DNA from: Mobula hypostoma
Taxonomy: Eukaryota
NCBI RefSeq assembly: GCF_963921235.1
Contig: NC_086097.1
Location: 97,280,001 to 97,344,000, forward strand
Reading direction: 5' to 3'
Length of the DNA stretch: 64,000 bases
How positions within the stretch are numbered: position 1 is the stretch's first letter; every line of letters begins with the position of its first letter. The position numbers and the translations under genes were made by a program. The notes under the pieces were generated by a model. The model was not told where the DNA came from. It worked only from the letters and a program-made list of their open reading frames with translations, and ran no database searches. Of this stretch, positions 1-10,324 are shown in pieces.

Positions 1-1208
1 GACTCTCCATCTCCCTTTCCCCCACCATCGGTCTGTAATCCCGTGTCTCTCAGGCCTGACCATCAACTATTGGGTCCTCAGATCCTCCATCTTCCTCCCA
101 CCCCACCTTCCCCAAACACCCCAACCCTCCTTTCTCCTCAGACACTACCAACCTTCTTCCCCCCTCCAATTCCAGCTCTCATCCGTGCTGGGTCTTCACC
201 ATCCCCTCTGACCTTCCCCTCTCTGAGGCAGAACACTCTGTCCTCACTAAGGGTCTCACATTTGTCACCTCAGTGAGTTCTACACCTGCCAAGATGCCAA
301 GTTCTTCTTCTGTCTCCATACCTGCTTCCTTGGCAAGGATTCTGCTGCCCACACTGCTGACACCTTGTCCCGACTTCAACCCTCCTCCTATTTTTGGACA
401 CCCTGCTTTGATTTTCTTCCTGCTATGGAGCTTTTCATTGTTAACTGCTGATGAGACATCAATCATCTCAACTTTAATACTCCTCTCTCCAATTCAACCC
501 TCACTCCCTTTGAACACTTTGCTCTCCACTCTCTTCACACTAATCCTAACCTCGCCATCAAACCCATAGATAACAGAGGTGCTGTGTAGTCTGCTAGGCT
601 AACCTCTACCTTGCTGAGGCCAGGTGACAACTCTCAGACATCTCCTCTTACTTACCCCTTACACAGGACCTCACTAAGAAGCATCAGGCCATTAACTTCC
701 GCTCCGTCACTGACCTCATCGACTCTGTGGGGGTGGTCTCCCATCCATTGGCAAGAACCTCATAGTTCCCTTACCCCACACCTCCTGGTTCTACCTCCTT
801 CCCAAGCTCCACAAACTTGACTGTCCAGGTAGATCCATTGTTTCTGCCTGCTCCTGCCCCACAAAACTTGTGTCTGCATACCTCAACTCTGTTTTACCCC
901 CTAATGACTTTAAGTTCCCTGGCCCCAGTTGTTGCATCTTCACTATGGATCTCCAGTCTCTGTACACTTCTATTCCCCATCAGGAGGGCCTTAAAGTTCT
1001 CCACTTCCTTCTGGACAACAGACCCAACCAGTTCCCCCACCTCCACCACCACTCTTCTCCATCCTGGCAGGACTGGTCCTTGCCCTCAACAGTAACTCCT
1101 TTGGTTCCTCACACTTCCTTCAATCCAAAAGTGTAGTTATGGGCACCTGTACGGGGCCCAGCTATGCCTACCTTTTCATCAGCTACATCCAACAGCCCAT
1201 CTTCCAAT

Positions 1209-2425
1209 TGTAACACCTGTGTAGCAGTTGTCTTATCTCATGTGACTGGTTGCCACACTCTTTATGAGAAAAATCAAATTACATAGTACGATACTAGGTG
1301 CTCATGGGCTCTAAGTATTGGAAGGAGGCAACGCATAGAAAACGCACACTTCTACAGGTAAGTTTTGTTTAAATAAAAAGCAAGATGTACATAATGTTTA
1401 CATGAGTAAGAACAATTCAAAATTCCAAATTCCCCTTGGGTTCCAAATCTCAGACATCAAACAAAAACCAAACTCCTTTTTAGTCAGAATCAGCGATATT
1501 CATTAGAATAACCTTTGTTACTCCAGTTTCTCTAACTAATTAGATCTAGTGTTCTCCCCTATTTAAAGGTTTACAGTCTAACCCTTTTTATATATCCCCA
1601 GTCAGAAAAACTATATAATTGAATTCCTATTCTTAAGTATTATGGTTAACTTCAGTTTCTGTTCAGGTCAGTATGTCTACAAATCCAAATTTAAAAATTA
1701 TATATCTATACAGCTGAACTCCTTTCACGACAATTCTCCAAAATCAGAACTTTAAAACAAAGTAAATCTCCTTCAGTAACACATCAAAATCTTTGCAGAA
1801 ATAATCAGTTCTTGCAGAAAATCAAATTCAGATCCTTCAACTGAAAATAAACATACATCCAACCGTATTAAATCTATCTACATCATTAAACATTTCATTC
1901 CCACGCTGTTTCTTCGACCTTGGGTGGCTCGCCATCTTGTTTCTCATTTTGTTGGATGAAATAGTGGATCATCCACCAAAAGTCGATTTACAATACTTAC
2001 ACAAAAAAAACCTGACCAAATCCCTTGGTGTGAATTAACAGAACTAATTCCCGGTTACACAGTAGAGATCTTGGACACTGGTCTCTGCCGATATTGTCTT
2101 GTTACAGCTACTGCTTGTTATAGCCGTAGCTTCAATAGATCCTTTATCGCTATCGTCTCTCCTCCAGGGGTTTCACCCTGAGGTTTTCAAGTAAGTAGGG
2201 TAGAGATGCTCACTACTAATTCCACTTCTAACAGTTTATATCTTTAGTTTCTAATAGTTTGCTGCGGTTATCTCGCTTTCCCGTGCTGCGTCAGCCACGC
2301 CTCGTTCTTGCATAGCTTTTTTCCCCCCCTAAGTTCTTTTTTTAATTCGATAACCCTTGTTTTCATCCCTCCACAGGTGGAGCTTTCTAACATTACATCT
2401 TTGGGTTTAATTAACCTGGGTTATA
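1209..2425. mobile_element. ~1.2-kb LTR-like insertion inside the Penelope RT
   Basis: PLE sequence stops at ...ttccaat and resumes at taagcctacacc. Termini TGTAACACC...GGGTTATA are near-inverted. Flanks caat and taag are each one mismatch from the expected caag. Confidence 0.55.
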
Positions 2426-3181
2426 TAAGCCTACACCGGCATTGCTCCCCAGCTCTTCCTTCACTACATCGATGACTGCATTAGTGCTGCTTCCTACACC
2501 CATGCTGAGCTCGACAACTTCATCAACTTTGCCTCCAATGTCCACCCTGCCTTCAAGTTTACTTGGTCCTTTTCTGACACCTCTCTTCCCTTTCTCAATT
2601 TCTCTGTCTCCACCTCTGGAAACAGCCTATCTACTTATACGTATGTTTTACATACCCATTGACTCTCAGAGCTATCTGGACTATATACGGTAACTCTTCC
2701 CCACTATCACTTGCCATTCCTTTTCTCAGTTCCTCTGTTTCCGGCACATCTGCTCACAGGATGAGGCTTTTCATTCCAGAACAACTGGGATGGTCTCCTT
2801 CATCAAAGAAAGATGCTTCTCTTCCTACAGCACCAACGCTATCCTCGTATCTCTTTCTTTTTGCACACATCTGCCCTCACCCCATCCTCCTGTTGCCACT
2901 CTGGGGATAGGGTTCCGCTTGCCCTCACTACCACCCCACAAGCCTCCACATCCAGCACACAACTCTGTAACCTCCACCATCTCCTATGGGATCCCTCCCC
3001 ACTAAGCATATCTTTCCTTCCCCCACCCCACACTCTCTGCTTTCTGCAGGGATTGCTCCCTATGAGACTCCCTTGTCCATTCGTTCCCTCCCCACTGATC
3101 ACCCTCCTGGCACTCATCCTTACAAGCAGAAGAAGTGCCACACTTGCCCCTACACCTCCTCCCTCACTACCATTCAGGGCC

Positions 3182-3953
3182 TGTGATGATATCCTGAGGT
3201 ATTCATTATGGACTGTGCCTTTGGAGAGAGGGAGAGACATATACATACACATATACATATACAATCACAGTTTGTTTGGGATTTCTGCAAGGACACTGCC
3301 AGCTTCTAATTCCTACAGAGAGAGAAGAGAGGAGCTACTTGATGGACAGCTGGTGTTCAGCACAACAGTATTTAAACCAGCATAGTTGCTTGTTTCACAG
3401 GACACGCAGATGCACTAAGGTGTGGTGAAGTTACCACTATCCTTTTCAGATGCCCACGAGTATGGGACTGAGGATCGATTGAGAGGAATCGATCTGTGAT
3501 TATTAATGTGTGAAAGAGTGACCCTGTGGAATCTACCAGTGTGTCTAACCTTTGCCTGGGTTGGTAGATTATCACTTGAAGACGGCACTCTCAAGTTGGT
3601 CAAGTTTGGCTAATTTGGAAGTTTTGGAGGACGACAAGAAGAATTGATGGCATTGGCTTATGTGGACAACAAACCATCTCTCTCTCCTCAATTCTGCTCA
3701 ACTCAATAGCACAAACTGAACTGACTTCGTTTACTTACCATCATATGACTGTATCAATTGGCACCTAAGCTTGAAGTTAGGGTTTTATTTCCACCCCTAT
3801 GTATGCATAATCTCTGCTAACCTGTTTGATTTATCTGGCTTTATGTTACTTTATTATGTAGTCACTAATAAAAAGCATTAGTTAATAGCAAAACCAGACT
3901 CCAGGTGTGTTCCATTTCTGCTGGTTCTTTAACCCGTTATGGGGTAAGTAACA
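3182..3953 (+). mobile_element. Solo LTR (772 bp), 4-bp TSD
   Basis: TGTGAT...GTAACA termini; GGCC duplicated at 3178-3181 and 3954-3957; AATAAA near 3867. Removing it restores the PLE sequence cagggccccaaacag. Confidence 0.85.
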
Positions 3954-4639
3954 GGCCCCAAACAGTCCTTCCAGGTGAGGCAGCACTTACCTATGAGTCT
4001 GTTGGGGTCATGTACTGTATCTGGTGCTCCCTGTGTGGCCTCCTATATATTGGTGAGACCTAATGTAGTTTGGAAGACTGCTTCAGTAAGCACCTTTGCT
4101 CTGTCTGCTACAAAAGGCGTGATTTCCTTGTCACCCATTTCAATTCTACTTCCTATTCCCATTCCAATATGTCAGTCCATGGCCTCCTCTACTGCCAGGA
4201 TGAGGCCACACTCAGGTTAGAGGAGCAACATCTTGTATTCTGTCTGGATAGCTTCCGAAAATCAATTTCCTGTACACCTGATAATCACCCCTCCTTCTCT
4301 CCTTCACCATGTAACCCTATCACACCTTCTCTTCTTACCTGCCCATCACCTCCTTTTGGTGCACCTCCCCCTTTTCTTTCTTCCATGGCCTTCTGTCCTC
4401 TCCTGTCAGGTTCCCCTTTCTCCATCCCTTTACCTCTTTCACCAGTCAACTTCCCAGCTCTTTACTTCACCTCCTCCATCTCCTCTGGTTTCACCTACCA
4501 CTTGCCACCTTGTACTTCTTCCTCCCTCTCCCCCACCTTCTTACTTTACTTCACCCTTTCCTTTCCGGTACCGATGAAAAGTCTTGGCCTGAAACGTCAA
4601 CCGTTTAATCTAACATTTTGTGTGTGTTCCATATCTTTA

Positions 4640-5600
4640 CCTCCCCCCCCACCCTCCACTTTCCACAGGGATCACTCCTTCTGTGATTCCCTTGTCCACT
4701 CATCCCTCCCCACTCATCTACCTCTCAGCAGTCATCACTGCAAGTGGCCAAATTGCTACACCTGCCCATGCATCTCCTTCCTCACGGCCATTCAGGGACT
4801 CAAACAGTCCTTCCAGGTGAGGGTACACTTCACCTGCGAATCTGATAGGGTCATCTATTGTGTCCGGTGCTCCTGATGTGGCCTCCTCTACAATGGTGAG
4901 ACCCGTCATATATTAGGGGACTGCTTCACCAAGCACATCCACTCAGTCCACCAAAAGCAGAACTTCCCAGTGGCCAAACATTTTAATTACAATTCCTATT
5001 CCCAATTCAACAATTTGGGCTGTGACCTCCTCTTGTGCCAAGAGGAGGCCACCCTCAGCGTGGAGGAGCAACTCCTTATAGCCTCCAGGTAGCCTCCAAC
5101 CTGATGGCATGAACATTGATTTCTCCTTCCGGTAAATAAAAGTTTCCCTCCCTCCTCCCCTCTTCTTCTATTCCCTACTCTGGCCATTTACCTCTTCTTA
5201 CCTGCCTTTCACCTACCCCTGAGTGCCACCCTCCTCCTCCTCCAGTCCATTCTCCTCTCTCTGCCCAATGAAGCAGTGGAGGCTACCTCAGTAAATATAT
5301 TTAAGACAAGGTTGGATAGATGTTTGCATAGTAGGGGAATTGAGGGTTATGGGGAAAAGGCAGAGAGATGGAGATGAGTCCATGGCCAGATCAGCCATGA
5401 TCTTATTGAATGGCGGGGCAGGCTCAACAGGCCAGATGGCCGACTCCTGCTCCTATATCTTGTGTTCTATCAGATTCATTATACTCCACCACTCTACCTT
5501 TCCTACCCCCCTGGCTTCATTTATCACCTGCTTGCTAGCCTCCTTCCACTCCCCCCACCTTTTTATTCTGGTGTCTTCTCCCTTCCTTTCCAGTCCTGAT
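4640..5600 (+). mobile_element. Penelope-like GIY-YIG/3' fragment with a CR1 3' tail (about 5260-5470) inserted
   Basis: CYTCPC...VIYCVRCS motif and pyrimidine-rich PLE 3' UTR ending at cagtcctgatga. The CR1 tail reads gcagtggaggct...ctcctgctcctatatcttgtgttct. Confidence 0.75.
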
Positions 5601-5602
5601 GA

Positions 5603-5716
5603 TGTGAGTGTTATGAAAGCGGTCTTCCACTCATCTCCCTGGTGGGTGCAAATCGGGTCATATGCGCTCCATAGATTCAGTTTAGTGAAGATCTGGGCCC
5701 CACAATCTGTCAGCAT
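5603..5716 (-). mobile_element. Ty3/Gypsy RT shard
   Basis: GAQIFTKLNLWSAYDPICTHQGDEWKTAFIT resembles the Gypsy RT motif FTKLDLRSAY...GDEWKTAF. Confidence 0.75.
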
Positions 5717-6175
5717 GAACATCGATTTTTCTAACTTCTGGTAATTTCTCTCCCCTCCCCCTTCTTTCCACTCTGCTCCCCACTTACCCCTTCTCTTTTC
5801 CTCACCTGCCCATCACCTCCCTCTGGTGTCCCTCCTCCTTCTCTTTCTCCAATGGTACACTCTCCTCTCCTGTTAGATTTCTTCTTCTTCAGCCCTCTAC
5901 CCTTTCCACCCATCAACTCCCACTTTCTCACTTCATACAATCCCCTCCCCCTCACCTGGATTGATTTATAACCTGCCAGATCATACCCCTTCCCCTCCCC
6001 TATCTCCTTGTACTAGTTTCTTCTCCCTTTCATTTCCAGTCCTGATGAAGGGTCTCAGCCCAAAATGTCAACAGTTTATTCCCCTCCACTGATGCTGCCT
6101 GACCTGTTGAGTTCCTCCACAATTCTGTAGTATTACTCTAGATTTCCAGTATCTGTAGAATCTCTTGTGTTTAAG
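5710..6175 (+). mobile_element. Penelope-like 3' end with degenerate hammerhead (6038-6074)
   Basis: gcatgaacatcgatttttctaac...agtcCTGATGAagggtctcagcccAAAAtgtc...gatgctgcctgacctg. Confidence 0.75.
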
Positions 6176-6304
6176 AGGTGCATATTATCCACCTCCTTGG
6201 CACCCCTTCCATCCACATCCCCTCTGAGGAGCCCCCATCTGTTGAATCAGCATCACAGTTCCTAAGCAGGGAAGAAAGTTAAATTATGCTTATAGTTACT
6301 ATAT

Positions 6305-7735
6305 TGAATTGAGTTTATTACTTGCATCCTTCATATACGAGGAGTAAAAATCTTTACCTTACGTCTCTGTCCAAATGTGCAATTTATAGTGATTTGTGAT
6401 AAATAGTGTATACAACAGGACAGTCAATATAACATAGAAATACAATTGTATCGGTGTGAATTAATCAGTCTGATGGCCTGATGGAAGAAGCTGTACTGGA
6501 GCCTGTCGGTTCTGGCTTTTATGTTGCGGCACTGTGTCCTGGACGGTGCAGCTGGAACAGTTTGTGGTTGGGGTGACTCGGGTCCCCAATGATCCTTTGA
6601 GCTCTTTTTACACATGTGTCTCTGTAAATGTTCTGAATAGTGGACACATCTAAGATGCACTGGGCTCTCCCCACTACTCTCTGCAGAGTCCTGAGATTGA
6701 GGGAGGTATAGTTCCCATACCAGGCAGTGATGCAGCAAGTCAGGATGCTTTCAATTGTACCCCTGTAGAAACACATACCAATCCTCATAGAGGGATCAGA
6801 AGTGGAGAGAGTCAGCAGCTTCAAGTTCCTGGGTGTCAAGATATCTGAGGATCTAACCTGGTCCCAACATATCGATGTAGTTATAAAGAAGGCAAGACAG
6901 CGGGTATACTTTATTTGGAGTTTGAAGACATTTGGCATGTCAACAAATACACTCAAAACTTCTATAGCTGTACCATGGAGAGCATTCTGACAGGCTGCAT
7001 CACTGTCTGGTATGGAGAGGCTACACCACAGGACCGACAGAAGGTTGTAAATCTAGTCAGCCGCATTTTGGGTACTAGCCTACAAGGTACCCAGGACATC
7101 TTCAGGGAGTGGTGTCTCAGAAAGGCAGCATCCATTACTAAGGACCTCCAGCACCCTTTTCTCACTGTTAACATCAGGTAGGAGGTACAGAAGCCTGAAG
7201 GCACACACACAATGATTCAGGATCAGCTTCTTCCCCTCTACCATCTGATTCCTGAATGGACATTGAATCTTTGGACACTACCTCACTTTTTGTTAATATA
7301 CAGTATTTCTGTTTTTGCACATTTTAAAAAAAATCCATTCAATATATGTAATTGATTTACTTGTTTATCTATTATTATTTTTTATTGTATTTATTATTTT
7401 GTTTCTCTCTGCTAGATTTTGTATTGCATTGAACTGCTGCTGCTAAGTTAACAAATTTCACATCACATGCCAGTGATAATGATTCTGATTCTGAGTCCTT
7501 AGGATTTGGGGACCCATACCAAATTTCTTCAACCGTCTTGAGTTGAAAGAGGTACTGTGCTTTTTTCACCACACAGCCAATATGTACAGACCACGTGAGA
7601 TCCTCAGTGATGTGTAAACCAAGGAACTTAGAGCTGTTCACCCTCTCAACCCCAGATCCATTGATGTCAATAGAGGTTAGCCTGTCTCCATTCCTCCTGT
7701 AGTCCACAACTAGCTCCTTTGTTTTTGCAACAAAT
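6305..7735. mobile_element. Rex1/Babar-like LINE fragments in alternating orientation (-,+,-)
   Basis: ERVSSFKFLGVKISEDLTWSQHID, ESILTGCITVWYG and KTKELVVDYRR motifs on both strands. Confidence 0.75.
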
Positions 7736-8059
7736 AAAATTGACACACCAGTGAAGACTTATGAAAAAGAAACATTTATTTTTCAGAATTTAGATGGTTG
7801 ACAATGCACTCTTGACTTCAGTCCAGGTCAGCCGAATGAGGTTCATGGTTGTATCTTCTCCTGAGTAAGCTTTGTGCCATCTCTTTCAGCATTCTCTCAA
7901 GTTAAATCAAACTCATTCATGCTTTGCTCTTTGTCAAGTCGTCCTAAACCTTGAGGATCTGTCAGACTCACTTAACATGGAAACAAATTCTTCAGCCCAC
8001 TATATCCACACATCAAGGACCTATTCACACTAGTGCCATCAGTTCCCACTACATTCTAT

Positions 8060-8245
8060 CACCCAACTACCCACACAAGCAGTCTACTGTGGCCTGTTAA
8101 CTTGCATACTTTTAACATGTGGGAGAAAAGTGGAGCACCCAGAGGAGATCCATGCAGTCACATGCTCATTCCACCCAGACAGCACCCAAGGGCTGGATCG
8201 AAGCTGTAAGGCAGCAGCTCTAATTACTGCTTTGCAATGCTCCCC
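8060..8245 (-). mobile_element. tRNA-derived V-SINE-like element
   Basis: Minus strand gactgcatggatctcctctgggtgctccacttttctcccac resembles the V-domain core. Confidence 0.55.
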
Positions 8246-8954
8246 TAAAGAAATGGGATACGTTATGTGATCTGAAAAGGGCCTTGGTAACTAGCAGGCC
8301 AACATTTATCATATATCTATGTGCTCTTGATCTGCCCTTTGCTGATGTTGGGTCTAGAGACACTTATGGACCAAACCATGCAGGAATAGCAGATTTGCTT
8401 CCTGGACAGGTATTAGTAAACTAGCTTTGTCTTTAAACAGTCCTGTAGTTTAACGCTTGTGACAACTAAGAACAGCTGTGGTTTTTAATTTATTTAATTA
8501 CTGGAATTTATATTCTCCAGCTGGTCCTTTGGCACTCAAATTTGTGTCTGAACATCAGTAGTTTGGGTATTTGGAAAGCAGTCTAATTAACCACAGTGCT
8601 GTGTGCATACTCCTGAGAAGTGAGGCAAAGAAAGAAAGAATAGAAATGGGAATCAAAACGTGAGCCCTAACTTCTGCCACAGCACTTGTAATATTTCAAT
8701 ATCCTCCCAGCCAAGGACATCCACTCACCAGACTAATGGAGAACAGGGCAGCTCATCTGCCAGACAAGTTCCCATAAACAACGAGGCATCACAGAAGCTG
8801 GCCATTCAGCCATAAGGCAAAGGAGCAGAATTAGGCTATTCAGGCCATCGAGCTTACTTCACCATTTGATCATGCCTGATTTATTTTCTCTTTCAAACCC
8901 ATTTCCTTCCTTCTCAACATAATCTTTGACATCTTTACTAATTAACCTGTGACA

Positions 8955-9650
8955 TAAGCACGTTAAGTGCAATTGGAAAGAAAGCATGATAGCACCTCTT
9001 CTTCCTTAGGAGTTTGTGAAGATTCAGCATGGCATCTAAAACTTTGATGAACTTCTATAGATGTGTGGAGGAGAGTATGGAAACACCAATGCCCTTGAAT
9101 GGAAAATCCTACAAGAAGTAGTGGATATAACCCTGTCCATCACAGGTAAAGCCCTCCCCACCATTGAGCACATCTATTCAGAGAGCTGTCACAGGAAAGC
9201 ACCATCCACCACCAGGAACCCCTGTCACCAAGGTCATGCTCTCTTCTCACTGCTGCCATCATGAAGGAGATACAGGAGACCCAGGACTCACACCACCAGA
9301 TTCAGGAACAGTTATTACCCCTCAACCATCAGGCTGTTGAGCCAAAGGGGATAACTTCACTCAACTCATCGTTGAAATGTTCTCATAACCTATGGACTCA
9401 CTTTCAAGGACTCTTCATCTCACGTTCTAGATATTTATTACTTATTTATTTGTTATTATTATTTTGTTTTCTTTTTCTTTTTGTAGAAGTTTGTTGTCTT
9501 TTGCACACTGGTTGTACGCCCAGTTGGTGTGTCTTTCTTTAATTCCAGTATAGTTATTAGATTTAATGAGCATGCCTGCAAGAAAATGAATCTCAGGGTT
9601 TTATATTGTGACATATATGTACTTCAATAATAAATTTATTTTGAACTTTG
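8955..9650 (+). mobile_element. Rex1/Babar-like LINE 3' fragment
   Basis: YGNTNALE...HALFSLLPS; the 3' tail aatgaatctcagggtt...aataaattt...ttgaactttgaa is shared with 45560-45670. Confidence 0.7.
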
Positions 9651-9659
9651 AATGAGGCT

Positions 9660-10225
9660 GTGAATCAGCAGTCACTATCCATGGAAGGACTGAGTTCGAG
9701 CGGTCACTCTCCTCAATGCAGATGGAGGGTGTTTTTGAAACTCTGAGATTTATGTGATTATTGGTGAAGACTGTAGTTTATATTGATCTCCTTCAGTCTT
9801 CTGTGTTTTCTGATTGCTGATTGGCGGGTTGGGGTTTGATTTTCTTGTTGCCGATTGGTGGGTTGGGCAATATGTTAGTTTTTGTGCAAGAGAGGGGTTG
9901 GGGATTTGGGATCTGATGTTCTTGCTGGTGTTTTCCATATGGGGGATGTCAGTTTTTTGTCTGCAAGAGAGGGGGGCGGGGTTTTGAAGTTATTGTCCCT
10001 GTTTTTTTTCCTTGTGGGCGATAAGTTTTTTTTTGTGAGAGAGTGGGTTGGGAGCTTGGGGTTTGTGTTTCTTTTTCTTGCGGGAGGCGGGGTGAGTGAT
10101 ATCTTCTCTTTCAATGACTTCCACGGTTGTTCTGTATTTCATGGCTATCTGGAGAAGATGAATCTCAGAGTTGTATTCTGCATACATATTTTGAAAATAA
10201 AATGAATCTTTTAGCCACTGAACCT
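9660..10225 (+). mobile_element. Non-autonomous element with degenerate ~70-bp internal repeats and a Rex1-like 3' tail
   Basis: Three to four units of agtttttg..gagagggg.tgggg between 9875 and 10100; tail catggctatctggagaagatgaatctcagagttgta...aataaaatgaa. Confidence 0.5.
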
Positions 10226-10324
10226 TTAAGTATACCCAAAGTCTTGGCCCCCACAAACATCTGTGGTAATGAATTCAACAGCTTCATCCCCCTCTGATTA
10301 TACGTTCCCTATCATATCACCCTA

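Larger units (their letters stand above)
230..4260 (+). mobile_element. Decayed Penelope-like retroelement (N-term, RT, GIY-YIG), interrupted by two LTR-like inserts
   Basis: Frameshifted fragments LTKGLTFV (~245), FTMDLQSLYTSIPHQEGL (~940), MGTCTGPSYAYLF (~1140), YIDDC (~2465), CHTCPY (~3140) and GIY-YIG-like VMYCIWCSLCGLLYIGET (~4005). These match the better-preserved copy at 52821-54090. Confidence 0.85.

Noticed and set aside
4070..4876. 268-aa ORF
   Set aside because: Read-through of PLE fragments and pyrimidine-rich UTR; not a coherent protein.
5592..5625. Chimeric hammerhead CTGATGA...GAAAgcggTC at the PLE/Gypsy junction
   Set aside because: Stem II is weak and there is no stem I complement after the putative cleavage site.
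7789..7870. Plus-strand exon-like segment (tttttcag...|gtaagc), possibly from a tail-to-tail neighbour such as ZNF106
   Set aside because: Stops in all three frames; no recognisable neighbour-gene peptide anywhere in 1-16000.
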